Notes: generated by a model not told the origin, from the letters alone. Positions 1 through 13,045 are shown, counted from the stretch's first letter. The stretch is 64,000 bases of DNA from Scyliorhinus canicula (GCF_902713615.1 NC_052162.1:47987990-48051989); one strand, 5' to 3'. Translations and numbers: made by a program.

Positions 1-205
1 GTTGGTAATCTGGACACCTAAAACTTGAAGCTCTCGACCCTTTCTACTTTGTTCCCATTGATGTAGACAAAAGCATACTCTCCTCTACGCTTCCTGAAGT
101 CGATGACAATCTCCTTTGTTTTGTTGACATTGAGGGAGAGATTATTGTTGTCGCACCAGTTCACCAGATTCTCTATCTCATTCCTGTACCCTGTCTCATC
201 ATTTT
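1..205 (-). mobile_element. LINE RT fragment (Rex1/Babar-like)
   Basis: Minus-strand translation YRNEIENLVNWCDNNNLSLNVNKTKEIVIDFRK..INGNKVERVESFKFLGVQITN. Confidence 0.75.
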
Positions 206-209
206 TTGA

Positions 210-607
210 GACAGCTTATGACATCACTATGGTGATTTGGTGTGAAATCCACAGAAGTTATATTGGGTGACATCTGTCACTTAGTTTCAGAGTGTGGTGT
301 ATCTGACCGAAATGCCTATTGGGTTACAAGGTCAGTGTGCTTACTGAGAACATTAGAGTGTTATTTTTTTTTGTAACTTGTGTTATCTTTATAAATCGGT
401 ATATATCTGTAAAGGTACAGCTGGAGTGAAGGAGTTGTGTATCGTAGTTCAATAAATGTTTTATTATTTTGCTAAAAGTTCATTGGCAGTCCTGTGACTT
501 TGTTCATCCATGTATCTGAACAAAAAAATAAAAGTTAGGATCTATCAATCCAGGTTCTACTCTGGGATCTGACATGTCCAGTAGGAACATCAGCTGAGAT
601 CATAACA
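210..607 (+). mobile_element. LTR (solo or partial), related to the LTR at ~15015
   Basis: AATAAA signals; ends ..GATCATAACA; 552-607 resembles the reverse complement of 15016-15071. Confidence 0.55.
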
Positions 608-714
608 TTGGATATACTTGGATACTGATGAATCTACCATTATATGTGGCCTTAATGGCATTATATCTACGTGTTCGCCTTTATCTACCCTAATAGTTAA
701 ATCCTTAAAAAGAA

Positions 715-1005
715 CTCTAATAAATATGTCAAACACTATTTCCCTTTCTTTAAATCCATGTAAATTTTCTCTGATTGTACCATGATTTTATAAATGTATT
801 GCTAAGACTGCCTCAATAACAGATTCTAGCACTTTCCCAATAACTAATGGCAAGAGAACTGGCCTGCAGTTGCCTAACTTCTCTCGCCCTCCTTTCTGGA
901 ATAGCGGTGTAACATTTGCTAATTTCCAGTCCACTGGAACTATTATAGAATCTTGTAAAATCATAACCACTGCAGCCACTATCTCATTGAGAACCCCAGG
1001 ATGTA
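715..1005 (-). mobile_element. CR1 LINE fragment
   Basis: VPVDWKLANVTPLFQKGGREKLGNCRPV. Confidence 0.85.
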
Positions 1006-3444
1006 CAGATACATCTGCAAGTTTATTCCTGATACTTGATCTATTCTATTATTTTACTAAAAAATGAAGTAAAACTGATGAGTCTCTAGCTGCTGTGGCT
1101 GTTTTGTCATCCTACTCCAATCTATTGGCAGCTCCCTGGTGTCCGTTGACTCCCTCATAATGATGGTGCCCTCATAATAACTTCACATTCCCAAATTTAT
1201 GAACTTGCAAGTAAGCTTTTCCAAGTATTGCAGCAGAAAGCAGAAGTTTGGAGTAAGTCCCTCTAAAAAGACGTGAAAAGATAGAATGACTTATTGAAGT
1301 GTTCGGAGCCGTTGAACTCCATTGCAGCCTTGGCAGCCAGGTTCACAGCCCAGATTAACCTCTGACCACGCTTTATAAAACCCTGTTGGTGGGTTTTTGC
1401 CTTGTGGCCTCCATCTGTGAGGGTCTCTGGTCAGAGTTCTCTAACTGGGAATATCTGATTTTAATCCTATGTTGGTACCGGTGGTACGGATTTCATCCCT
1501 ATACTGTTTGATGTTCAGATGAGATCGCAGATTTGTGTTTGCTGGCAGCATTCTGTATCTACCCTCACTGAGAATATACATGGTGTTTGGATGGGACTGA
1601 TCACTGCTTGTCTGACAGTGGTTCCTGAATACTGTTTGTGTTGTGATTGGGATGCTGCCTTGGAAACAGATGTTGACGCATCTGTTCAGAGGCTGGCTGA
1701 ATTCCAATTGCAGAACTGAGCATCTCAGCCAGATTTCTACCTTACAGATCCTGCAAGGATACTTTGGCAGTGACTTTGTCACAAGCTGTTTACCCCATAT
1801 GTCTGTTTTTAAAAGCAGTATCTATATGTGTTCATTAGTATGAGCTCACCAAGTGAAGAAACTGGTATGTCTTGCCCTTCAAAGAATAATGAGGAAATCT
1901 AATAAGGTGCAAATATGCAGCAGATACATTGGCTTGCAAAAATATAATAATTTCCAGGTTTTTGGCTGATCAGGAGTAAAAGATTGAAATGTTAACTTTG
2001 TTTATTTACATGTTCGATTTTCGATTTGACAAAAAAAGTTTAATGTAAGGTGTGATGTGATTGCATTAAAAGTTGTAGTTTGATCACTGAAATTCCATCT
2101 ATGCTGAATGGAATATGACTCTTAATTGGGAATGCTGTCATCTCAATCCATGCATCTGCAGACATCTGAATCAGGGCAATCGACATTCACACAAACAAAT
2201 AACAACAACGCTACTTGCAGTACTCAAACGAGAAACTCTAAATTCAATTCATAATCTATGCTCTGTTAAATAATCTTCGCTGGGAAGCATTGAAGCATTT
2301 CAGTTAACCTCCACGCCTCTGTGTCAGAAAGGGACAAACTAACATGTGCTTGAAAGGGATGTCTGTAGGTGTCCTGTGAGGAGAGGATCAGACTGGGTTG
2401 CGATTATATAAAATTAGCGCACCTTTTCAGGAGAATTTGGAAAAGCAAATTGAGAAGAGCAAAATTAAAATTGGACTCTTCTTTGAGATGCATTCTTCTG
2501 ACTGACACAGACAAGCATCTCCTCCAGGTGCGTTCAATCTGACCAGTTCTCACCACAGTGTAGGTCGTGTGATTAGAATGACAGGGCGAGCTGAGACAGG
2601 AAGATATGCTGAATGCTGGCTGAGAGCAGATAAAATTCCAACAAATCCTCTTACAGCAGTGCAGCAAAGGACAGATCATTTGTCTTCATGCTCTACTGGT
2701 CATAGATTGTTCAGTTTTTCATCACTGGGCTTTTTATTGACTAGAGCTATTCAGAAAACTAGAGATTATGTAAATCTGTTGTCCATAATGTGAGCATTTT
2801 TGAAATTTTTTAACTCAATTTTCTCTTTTCCATTGGCTCTGACTGGTTAAGTTGCAGATCCATTAGGAATCATCCAGAATCTAATTTTTTGGCCATTTTC
2901 CACAGCTGCACTCAGACACTGAATTTCATCAGGCTAATTAGTAAGGGTGGGTATCTGCATATCTTAAATTCACCTGTGTACTTTCCACCAGGAGTCACCG
3001 AATAGTAATGAGGAGCAGGGAACCTGGCTGATTTCCCACCTCCTCCACTCTTAACCCAAGGCTGCAAACACAAATTAGTTTGCCCTAAATTCAGATCCTG
3101 ACTGAGGATGAGCTGGTACAAATTTTGGGTCTGCGCTAAATATTTGGAATAGCATCACTAGTCTCTTCCACAAGTGACTTTGTCGGGGCAAAACCCAAGA
3201 GCCTGTGAAAATGGATGTGGGGCTTGATTAACATGCTACATTCCTTCTGATGCAGACAGCATAAAAAATTCATGCTGCCTGTACATTTAAATGATTGTAC
3301 TGTGCAGCCAGCATTAAATGCACTGATGAATGGCTGCACACCTGAGCAGGAGATGCAAAACCGTGAAAGGCCAGAACGAATTCATGTTAGCTTGCACAGG
3401 AGGTGGTGTTTTGATTGTGGCAGATGCTAGAAATGCACAATAGG

Positions 3445-3985
3445 GACACAATGGGATACAGTGCTCAATTTTGGTCACCACACTACCAGAAGGATGTGGA
3501 GACTTTAGAGAGGGTGCAGAAGAAATTTACCAGGATGTTGCCTGGTATGGAGGGCATTAGCTATGAGGAGAGGTTGGATAAACTATGTTTGTTCCCACTG
3601 CAATGACGGAGGTTGAGGGGCGACCTGATAGTAGTCTACAAAATCATGAGGGGCATGGACAGAGTGGATAGTCAGAAGCTCTTTCCCAGGGTGGAAGAGT
3701 CAATCGTTAGGGGGTTTAGGTTTAAGGTACAATGGGCAATATTTAGAGGAGATGTGCGAGGGAAGTTTTTTTACACAGAGCATAGTGGGTGGCTGGAACT
3801 GGTGGAGGTGGTGGAAGCAGGTACGGTAGTGATGTTTAAGGGGCGTCTTGCCAAATACATGGGGAATAGAAAGATACGGATCCTGGAAGTGTAGAAGGTT
3901 TTAGGTTTCATGGGTAGCATGGTTGGCACAATCTTGGATGGCTGAAGGGCCTGTTCATGCGCTGTACTTTTCTTAGTTCTTTAGT
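3445..3985 (+). mobile_element. CR1 LINE 3' end
   Basis: QFWSPHYQKDVETLERVQKKFTRMLPGM, RGDLIVVYKIMRGMDRV, followed by 3' UTR and tail. Confidence 0.88.
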
Positions 3986-4537
3986 AGGCAGTGAGTTCTC
4001 TGACATTTCAGTGGAGGCTTGAGTGCAGGAGATAGACAGGGAAAGAGAGGTCCTCTTTTTGCACGGGACCTTAAGGCTCTCCAGACAAATACTGTGAAGG
4101 AGGTAGAAGCAGACAGGCATACAGTCAATGCAACAAAAACATAAAATGCTGGACAATCTCAGAAGGCCTGACAGCATCAGGGGAGGGAGAACGAAGCTAA
4201 CTTTGAGTATGGATGACTCTTTGTCAAAGCTGGTGAGAACTGGAAATAGGATGAGATTGATACTGTTGTGGGGGCGGTTGTGTATGTTGGCATGGAGCTG
4301 TGGGGCTGGATAGAAGACCAGCGATAGGTGGAGATTGACAAAGATGCAGTAGACAAAAAGACAAATGGAATGTAAAAGGTGGAGATAATGACTAAGAAGG
4401 GTGCTGATAGTGGCACATTAAGAGAGCAGCATGTGTTAATGGCAGAATAAAGGTAAGCAGTGTGTCGAAGCACAACTTGGAACATAGGAATTCGGAGCAG
4501 AAGTAGGCAATTCAGCCTCTCCTGCTGCACTGCCATT

Positions 4538-5265
4538 CAGTGTTCTTCAAACTTTTTTTCCGGGGACCCATTTTTACCAACCGGCCAACCTTCGGGACCC
4601 AACCCGGCCAACCTTCGGGATCCAACCCGGCCAACCTTTGCAACCCATACTGGCCGACCTGTGTGACCCACCATTTTCTCTTACCTTGTTTGCTGCTGAC
4701 AAAAATGGAGGAAATGGTTTTGGGTCCCTTTGGCCCTCGCACACGCTCCTCCAATGGAACCTGTTGATGAAGGTGAAGCCTTCCGGTGTCGGAAAGTATG
4801 GAGTCTCCCATCTGTCCAAAGTTCTGAATTTTTTTCCTGTAAAATTTTATCAAATAAACCCCCCCCCCGAACTTGTAAAATAAAATAAAATAAATGAAAC
4901 AAATTAATAAACACCCCCCCATTGTAAAAAATATAAAATGAATAAAATAAATGAAAAAAATAAAAATTAAATGAATAAAATAAATGAATAAATGAAAAAA
5001 ACCCACTACAGAACTTGTAAAATAAAAAGCTGCAACCATTTTTAAAAAATAGCGGCCGCACTGCGCATGCGTGTTCGATGATCGGCGCACATGCGCACTG
5101 CGGCCAGATATTTTTTCCCCCACATGTTCGCGGCCGCTTGCAGCCGGCGTTATGAAAAGCCGGCTGCTCACGGGGATTTGTGCAATCGGGTGCACCACGG
5201 ACAACGGCTCTGCGACCCTCCCGACACCCGCCCGCGGGTCGCGTCCTCGACTTTGAAGAACACTG
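4538..5265. mobile_element. hAT-like non-autonomous DNA transposon
   Basis: Perfect 14-bp TIR CAGTGTTCTTCAAA / TTTGAAGAACACTG; subterminal ~23-bp tandem repeats (CCCGGCCAACCTTCGGGACCCAA); inserted in a CR1 3' tail. Confidence 0.8.
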
Positions 5266-5339
5266 AATTAGATCATGATCGATCTCTTTCTGGTTTCAGA
5301 TCCACCTCCCTACCTGTTCCCCATATCCCTTTAACCTGT

Positions 5340-6140
5340 TTTTCTTTTCAGAACAGGGAACAGATGGGCCAAGTGAGGTGAGGTGGGGGGAGGGGAGATA
5401 ATGGTGAGGGAAAAACAGATCGCTGGAAGAAATTAAAATAAATTGATAGAAATAAAAATGGGATAATTGCATGGGAAAGTGCCGTTGGAAGAGGTTGAGG
5501 TGTTGGGGTTGATGGAGGAGTGAACCAGGGTATCCCAGAGGAAACGGCCCCTATGTAATGCTGTCAGGAGCAAATATGTTTTTGGTGGTGGCTTCATGCT
5601 GGAGTTGGCGGAACTGGTGATGGATGATCCTTTAAATACAGAGGCTGATAGGTGAAAAATGAGGACAAGGAGGACCATATTCTTGGGAGGGGAAGTGTTG
5701 GAGAGCACAGGTGTGTGAGATGGTCGCACACAATTGAAAGCCCTGTCAACTGCAGTTGGTGGGAAACTACGATTAAGGATGAACAAAGATATGTCAGCAG
5801 CACCGTTTTGGAAAGAGACAACCTCAGAACAATGCGACGGAGATGAAGGAACTGAGAGAATGGGATGGAGTCCTCGGATGTGGGGATGAAGAACTGTAGT
5901 TGAGGTAGCTGTGGGAGTTGGTGTGAATTTAATGGATATTAATGGATAGTCTATCCCCACAAATGGAGATAGAGAGATCAAGGAAGGGAAGTGTCGGACA
6001 GAGATCATGTGAAGGCGATAGAGGGATGGATATTGGAAGCAAAATTGATAAATTCTTCCAGATACGGATGGAAATGTGAAGCAGCACTGAAACAATTGTT
6101 GATGTACCAATAAAAGAGCTGTGGGATGGGTCTGGAACAG
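5340..6140 (-). mobile_element. Penelope-like element RT remnant (terminal part at ~4125-4480)
   Basis: Minus-strand remnant of the KPTxSHSYL.YSSSHP motif and DISLFILNRSFPPTAVDRA; homologous to 23900-24600. Confidence 0.65.
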
Positions 6141-6176
6141 CGAATCATACAATCGTAGAATTTACAGTGCAGAAGC

Positions 6177-6352
6177 AATAATAATAATTGCTTATTGTCA
6201 CAAGTAGGCTTCAATGAAGTTACAGTGAAAAGCCCCTCGTAGCCACATTCTGGCGCCTGTTTGGGGAGGCCGGTAAGGGAATTGAACCCGCGCTGCTGGC
6301 CTTGTTCTGCATTACAAGCCAGCTGTTTAGCCCACTGTGCTAAACCAGCCCC
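6177..6352 (-). mobile_element. Short (~175 bp) tRNA-derived SINE
   Basis: GGGCTGGTTTAGCACAGTGGGCTAAAC..GGTTCAATTCCC..CACTGTAACTTCATTGAAGCCTACTTGTGACAATAA(ATT)n. Confidence 0.85.
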
Positions 6353-6861
6353 ATTTGGCCCATCAAGTCTGCACCGGCCCTTGGAAAGAGCATCCCACTT
6401 AAGCCCACATTTCCAATCTATTCCCATAAACTCAGTGCTGGTGTTCAAGTTATTAGACTGTGCTAAAGTTACAAATATGGAAAGACTTCTGGTTTTGACC
6501 GGAGTTAAATTTGCAGAAAGACACGATTTGTTAGAACAAATGTCAGAGCGCCTAGAAAGGTTCAGAGGCAAACATTCCTTCCCGCCAGTATTCATGATAC
6601 AAATGGGCCTATCATCGATAAGATGGACTATGGAAGACTTGATGTTAACAGGTTGTATAGAAACAGGCTATAAGTGTCAATAGGAAAGAAGATGTATAAC
6701 TAAAAATAATGAGGACAGAAACACTTTTAACAATTATGGCAGGTGGAATTAATTGGGAAATTTCAACAGAAAATTGAAACCCGGATATGCCCAGGGTGTG
6801 GTCAATTAAGTGTCACTCAAAATTCCATTATTCAATAAACTGTCCTTAGAGATACAATAGA

Positions 6862-7468
6862 GGACGGGATTCTCCGACCCTCCGCGCCGGAATCGCGCCC
6901 GGCGCGGGGTTAAGATTAGCCGTTCACACTGGAAATCCGGCGCGATAGCGCTTCCGCAATTCTCCATGGACCCGCCAGTCACGCGCGTGCGGTCGACGCT
7001 GCGCCAGTCGAGGGCCGTTGGAACAGGCCCCCGCGGTGATTCTCCGCGGTCGACCGGCCGAACTCCCGCCGTTGTGGTTTACATGTGGTACCACCTGACG
7101 GGAGCTTGGACCCGCGGCCGCGGTGGTGGGCCTGTTGGGGGGTATCTGACTCCGGGGGGGCCTCAGTGGTGGCCAGGCCCGCGATCGGGGGCTATTGATC
7201 GGCAGGCCATCGCGATCTGGGAGGGACCTACCTTCTTCTGCGAGGGCCCGCTGCGTGGCTCCGCGCTGAGATGAGCGTGAAAACGGTCTCGCGGTCTGGC
7301 TAGCAGGGCCCCGCCAACAGCCAGAGATGCGGGACACATGCCAGGGCTCTGCTAGCCCCCTGGAAAATGGAGAATTACTCCGGACCTTCGAGGGAAAAGT
7401 CCAGAGTGCTTCTCGCCCGTTTTCCGGCGGGCGTGGGTACTTAGTCCCCAGAAAGGAGAATCCCACCC
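6862..7468. mobile_element. Harbinger-type MITE
   Basis: TIRs GGACGGGATTCTCC / GGAGAATCCCACCC; AGA TSD (6859-61, 7469-71). Confidence 0.85.
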
Positions 7469-8122
7469 AGAGTGTTTGAAACCAAACATGAGACAGAAGA
7501 CTCGAAAGATGAAAAGGGAGCTATTGACCAAAGAGAAGGCATTGTCTTAGTCACGAGGAGTTTCAGTCCAGTGATGAATGTGCTGGTCACAGAGCCCTTC
7601 AATTGTGCCGTATTAGACAGCGAATGTACATCTACAGTATGTGGAATAGACTGGTTGACATGTTAGCTGGACTCGTTTTAACACGGAACAGGGTTAAGGA
7701 ATTTGGAAATTTCACGTGTTTCAGATCTGGCGATGGTAATACTCTTTAAAGTACTGAAAAGATTAGTGATTCCTTGTAAATTCACCGTAAGGAATCATTT
7801 TTTTTACTGCGGATGTCTTGATTATTGAGCCAAGCATCGATGGAAAAAGCACATAAGAAACTTGACATGGAAAACAACAAGCCCATCATATTTACACAGT
7901 CTGGTCACTAATGTATTCCGTTAATGAATCCTAATTTTTCTTGTCAAGAAATTAAGGACGCACTAGTAACATCAGAGAACCGTAATCTAGAAAACAAAAT
8001 ATTGATTGTGTTAAAGTTGTATCGGAAATTTGCCCATAAATCTTCCTGAGGATTAAACATTTTGCTCAGTGATGTGGTTATAAGGAATGAAGAATATACC
8101 AAACCTATAGAACAAACAAGCG

Positions 8123-8817
8123 GAGTGAAATTCTCCGACCCCCGCAGGGTCGGGGAATCACCCGGGGCCTTCGTAAATCCCGCCCCCGCCGAGGCCAAAA
8201 TTCTCCGCCACCCGGGAATCGGCGGGGGCGGGAATCGCACCCCGCCGATTGGCGGGGGCGGGAATCGCACCCCGCCGATTGGCGGGCCCCCCGTGCCGGT
8301 CGGCGGGCCTCCCATGGCGATTCTCCGGCCTGCGATGGGCTGACGTCCCGCCGCTGTTAGGCCTCTCCCGCCGACGTGGTTTAAACCACCTCTGGTCCCC
8401 GGGGGGTGCCCCCACGGTGGCCTGGCCCGCGATCGGGCCCACCGATCGGCGGGCGGGCCTGTGCCGTGGGGGCACTCTTCTTCTTCCGCCGCCGCCACAG
8501 CCTTCACCATGGCAGAGGCAGAAGAGACCCCCTCCACCGCGCATGCACCAGTGATGACGTCAGCGGCCGCTGACGCTCCGGCACATGTGTGGACTCATGC
8601 TGACCGGCGAAGGCCTTTCGGCCAGCCCTGAAGCCGGTCGGCGGGGCGCCAAAGGCCGTTGGCACCAGTCGGCGGAGCGGGAGCCACTCCGGCGCGGTCC
8701 TAGCCGCTAAAGTTGCGGAGAATTCCACACCGTTGGGGAGGCCCGACGCCGGAGTGGTTCTCGCCACTCTGGTACGCCGGGACCCCCCGCCCCGCTGGGT
8801 AGGGGAGAATCCCGGTT
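8123..8817 (+). mobile_element. Harbinger-type MITE, ~680-bp family A
   Basis: TIRs GAGTGAAATTCTCC / GGAGAATCCCGGTT; GCG TSD. Removing it restores the host integrase frame EQTSDRCEVCK. Confidence 0.9.
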
Positions 8818-9134
8818 GCGATAGATGTGAAGTATGTAAGAACACCATCATGACCCATAGTGAGAGATTTTAATGTGAAGTTGGGGCTGTGGATCTTAAA
8901 GCGTGGGGTAAAGAAAGGAACATTTTCATTTTACACTTGGTAACTAGATTTAATCAGTTGCCGATTATATGTAGTAAAGAAAATGATTGTGGAACGGGTT
9001 CTGGAAAAATGATTATGGATCGGACTGGGGCAGGGGTGGGGAAAGTATCTGTTCAAGGTGTTAAGAACATAAGAACTAGGAGCAGGAGTAGCCCATCTGG
9101 CCCCTCGAGCCTGCTCCATCATTCAATAAGATCA

Positions 9135-10160
9135 AGGTGCGATCTTCCGGCCTCGTTACACTTGGGCTCAAGCAAAACTAGGCCGGCGAATAGCGGGAGA
9201 GGCCAAAAACGAGATCCGTGCCAGGCACCAAACAGTTTGCGATGCAACCGACCCGCTGCTGTAGGCAAAATCGGGATCTCCCCGTAGCGAGGCGAGAAAC
9301 CGTTTATCCCCACTTAAGCCTCATTTCCATCCAATTAACGAGACTGACCCCTTATCCAATGGCCTCCCGTTATTCAGCGGCCTCCCCAGCAAGTGCGCAC
9401 GCTGGCGCCGAATAGTACTCCTTGTAAAAAACGCGAACCTGGCAGAAAGGCTTCAGTGGGGAGCCGAGAGGGGAGTATCCATCATTGCTCACAGGCAAAG
9501 AGACTGGGAGTGCTGGGTTTGCCACCCCAGTGCCCGGGGGGGAGGGGGGGGGGGTTGGAAGATCCTACGTAGGGGTGGGCAGCCATGGGGGTAGGGGGGG
9601 GTAGGGGTTGCGCTGGGGGGGGGGGGGGGGTGGGGGGGGGAAGGGGGGGGGGGAAACTGATCGCTTTTTTACCCATTCCTGGGGTGATCCTTGACTCTGC
9701 CTGTCTGCCCCACTGATCACCTATACCTCCCGCACCGACTGCTGAGGCATCTGGCTGCGCAGTTGAAGGCTACTGCGGTTAGGGAATTGGCGGTCGCGGT
9801 TAAGTGTGCACTTCACAGATGCCAAGTATGTTTCCTTGGGTGGATGTACCATGTAGCATCTGGGAGTCATTGCCTCGTATCCCAATCACACCTTGATGCC
9901 TGGACGCTGTGCTTAAACACTGTGGGAGGCAACACCACACACGCAACATGCGAACTCCCAGGGGGTGGGACACAGCTCCGGGGACATGTTCAAGGCCAGA
10001 GAGTGGATGAGTGCCACTGGCGATATGCCTGGAGAGACGAGCAAAGATTCCGGGGGGTCGGCCCGTATTGCAGAAGAAAGAGACAGAGGCATCATAATGG
10101 TTGTGCAAAAAGGAGTTCAATGTGCTGTACAATATGCCACTGGGGGGGCCATTAGTGATC
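9135..10160 (+). mobile_element. Partial Harbinger copy (left arm)
   Basis: Starts AGGTGCGATCTTCCGG; collinear with 20025-20830 and 43678-44460 (shared ..AATAGCGGGAGAGG.., CAGCGGCCTCCCCAGCAAG, GCATCCCAATCA blocks). Confidence 0.75.
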
Positions 10161-10973
10161 CTCACTGTGCTTGGCCATTCTCCTCCCTCAACTCCTATCA
10201 TTCCCAACTTGCTCGGCAACAGTAAAGCTTTTTGACTTGGTGTTTTGCTTCCAAAATCACTGAACATTCAACCTCTTTTAACCCATCTCTTTCACTTCTG
10301 GTAAAAAGGTACTTATATAAGCAAACCCAGAAGACCTGAAAGTTTTCAGTCATATGTCTATCCTGACAAATAGCCACCAAGACTCATAAACAAAATTTAA
10401 ATGAAACTGAATAATTTTTACCTTTCTTAATACACAAATTGAACATTGTTCATAACACCTCCTCATAGAAAAAACATGAAAAGGCATCTTTATAAAACAT
10501 TTTCATATCCTATTAAACAATTCCTGTATCACTACCTCTATCTTAATTATACAGACTTTCATCTAGTAGTAATAATGTATTTACATCAAATATTCCAGGA
10601 TACTTGACTTCTCAATAAAAATTATACTTCAGACAAGTCCATTGTGATCACATGTTCCTCCACATTTTAGCTCTTGATAAAGCATCCGCTATGATATTAT
10701 CTCTTCCTGCTCCATGATCAATTTTCAAAGCGTGTGGTTGCAGCATTCAACTGCAATGAAATAGTCTGTGTCTTGTCATGAAATTTTGCGAAAAGGTTAG
10801 AGAAATGGTCTCTATAGAGTTGTTTGAGATGTAGATTTCAAAATGTTACAGAGCCAACACCAAACTCAAAGGTCTGTGTTTTCCTAATACCTAAATAGAA
10901 TTTTGTGAGCTACCTGTAAAATTTTGTTACAATACTCGGATGTAAGCTCCCACCTGACAGACGACTGCCCAGC

Positions 10974-11319
10974 CATAGAATCATAGAATTTACAGTGCAG
11001 AAGGAGGCCATTCGGCCCATCGAGTCTGCACCGGCCCGTGGAAAGAGCACCCTACTCAAGCCCACACCCCCACCCTATCCCTGTAACCCAGTAACCTCAC
11101 CCCACCTTTTTTGGACACTAAGAGCAATTTAGCATGGCCAATCCACCTGACCAGCACATCATCGGACTGTGGGAGGAAACTGGAGCACCCGGAGGAAACC
11201 CACGCAGACACGGGGAGAACGTTCAGACTCCGCACAGACAGTGACCCAAGCCAGGAATCGAACCTGGGACCCTGGAGCTGTGAAGCAACAGTGCTAACCA
11301 CTGTGCTATCGTGCTGCCC
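10974..11319 (-). mobile_element. HE1-type V-SINE (tRNA head, V core, CR1-like tail)
   Basis: GGGCAGCACG..TGGTTAGCACTG A box, GGTTCGATTCC B box, GGGTTTCCTCCGGGTGCTCC core. Confidence 0.9.
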
Positions 11320-12149
11320 AAAATAAAATTTAAAAGGTGAGCAGAGTCAGAGCTCGAGAATACGCAGCCGCTCCCACGCTTTCATCACGTGACCCCTCTC
11401 TCCTCCTCCCCCCACCCCTCCTGCCCAAGTGCATTGTTAAAATATCCTTAAAAATTATTTTTCAATTAATCCTCATCTGCTGGTACTTGAGGTGATCTCT
11501 ATTTCCTCTATAGCACTTTGTATATAACACTCCGGTATTGGTCCTGATTCAGACTCTGTGTAGGCTGTTTGATATGGTCCTCTCAACTCAGCATTAGCTT
11601 GTTGCATTTTTTACCAAAGAAGGTGGGCTAAACATGTCAGCTTAATTTTCCTTACCGTCCTTTTTTTGAAAATCGTGTCAGATAACTGAATTTCTACCTC
11701 ATCTCCCTTTTTCAAAGATTCTTCCTCTTCCTGTGTAATTTTATTGGCCTGAAAATCACAACACAGTCAGGAAACAATTCAGAATGTTGCTCTTGCAGGA
11801 TCTCAGTTTCTTTCGCTTCCACTGGCTGTTCCAACATCTCAGGTGAAGCTAATATTTTTGAGCCAGCCAGGTCATTCCCAAAGATAAAATCAATTCCTGT
11901 TGTTGGTGTTTTATGTACTACTCTAACTGTGACCTTTCCATTAACTAAATCATGCTCTAATCCAACTCTGTATAATGAAACCAGTTTATAGCTTCCGAAG
12001 ATACCTCCAATTAATGTTGTTTTCTCCATCTACCCCTCTGGAAGACAAATTGTATCATCAGCCAACACCAATGACTGATTTGCTCCAGTGTCGCTCAATA
12101 TATTTATTAGATTAGAAGAATAAGAGAACACCTCTCGTTTATAAACAAG

Positions 12150-12812
12150 TGCCGGGATTCTCCCCTACCTGACGGGGCAGGGGGGTCCCGGTGTGTTGGA
12201 GTGGCGTGAACTACTCAGGCGTCGGGCCGCCCCAAAGATGCGGAAGTCTCAGCACCTTTAGGAGCTAAGCCCTCACATTGAGGGGCTAGGCCCGCGACGG
12301 AGTGGTCCCCACTCCACCGGCTGGCGTGAACGGCCTTTGGCACCACGCCAGCCGGGGCCGAAAGGACTTCGCTGGCCGGTGTAAGTCCGCGCATGCGCTG
12401 GAGCGTCGGCGGCTGCTGACGTCATCCCGGCGCATGCGCAGGGGAGGGGGTCTCTTCCGCCTCCGTCATGGTGAAGACCATGGCGAAGGCGGAAGAAAAA
12501 GAGTGCCCCCACGGCACAGGCCCGCCTGCCGATCGGTGGGCCCCAATCGCGTGCCAGGCCACCGTGGGGGCACCCCCCGGCATCAGATCGCCCCGCGCCC
12601 CCCCGCAGGACCCCGGTGCCCGCCCCGCCGCCAATCCCACCAGTCAGGTAGGTGTTTTGATACCCGCCGGCGGGAGAGGCTTGTCAGCGGCGGGACTTCG
12701 CCGAATCTCGGGTTGCGGAGAATTCGGGACACGGCGGGGGCGGGATTGATGCCGGCCCAGGGCGATTCTCCGACCCGGCGGGGGAGGGGGGGGGGGTTGG
12801 AGAATCCCGCCC
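12150..12812 (-). mobile_element. Harbinger-type MITE, family A
   Basis: TIRs TGCCGGGATTCTCC / GGAGAATCCCGCCC; TSD AAG/AAA; reverse-complement homolog of 8123 and 27918. Confidence 0.88.
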
Positions 12813-13045
12813 AAAATCTTTAAACTCTTCCATAATTTGTTTCCTTAATTTACTTGACTGGTGTGAGGAATTATCTCTCTACCTCTTTAGTATAGTCTGA
12901 GCCCTCACTTTGCACTTGCACAGTGGCTACTGTTTTGTCACTTGCCTCCTTCTCCTGTTAGTTTTTCCCAAAGATTCTTTGGACGTCCCTGTTACTGCAA
13001 TAGGTGCTCCAATTAATGTCCCGCAATTACCTGTGCAAAGACCAG

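Larger units (their letters stand above)
6420..8990 (+). mobile_element. Ty1/Copia (GalEa-like) LTR retrotransposon remnant interrupted by two MITEs
   Basis: Protease NCAVLDSECTSTVCG..W (~7600); integrase Zn finger KLYRKFAH (~8013) ..CEVC (~8826); core VDLKAW..ILHLV.TRF. Integrase follows protease directly, which is Copia order. Confidence 0.7.

Noticed and set aside
1050-1900. Coding exon or specific TE assignment
   Set aside because: Possibly an old retroelement, but I could not recognise a convincing motif.
9536-9653. Functional G-quadruplex or poly-Pro ORF (also poly-C at 34259-34284 and 37732-37761)
   Set aside because: Homopolymer expansions, mostly inside TE relics, and prone to sequencing error.
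10974-11319. Genuine tRNA genes
   Set aside because: The A and B boxes belong to SINE heads fused to core and tail sequence; no complete cloverleaf is evident.
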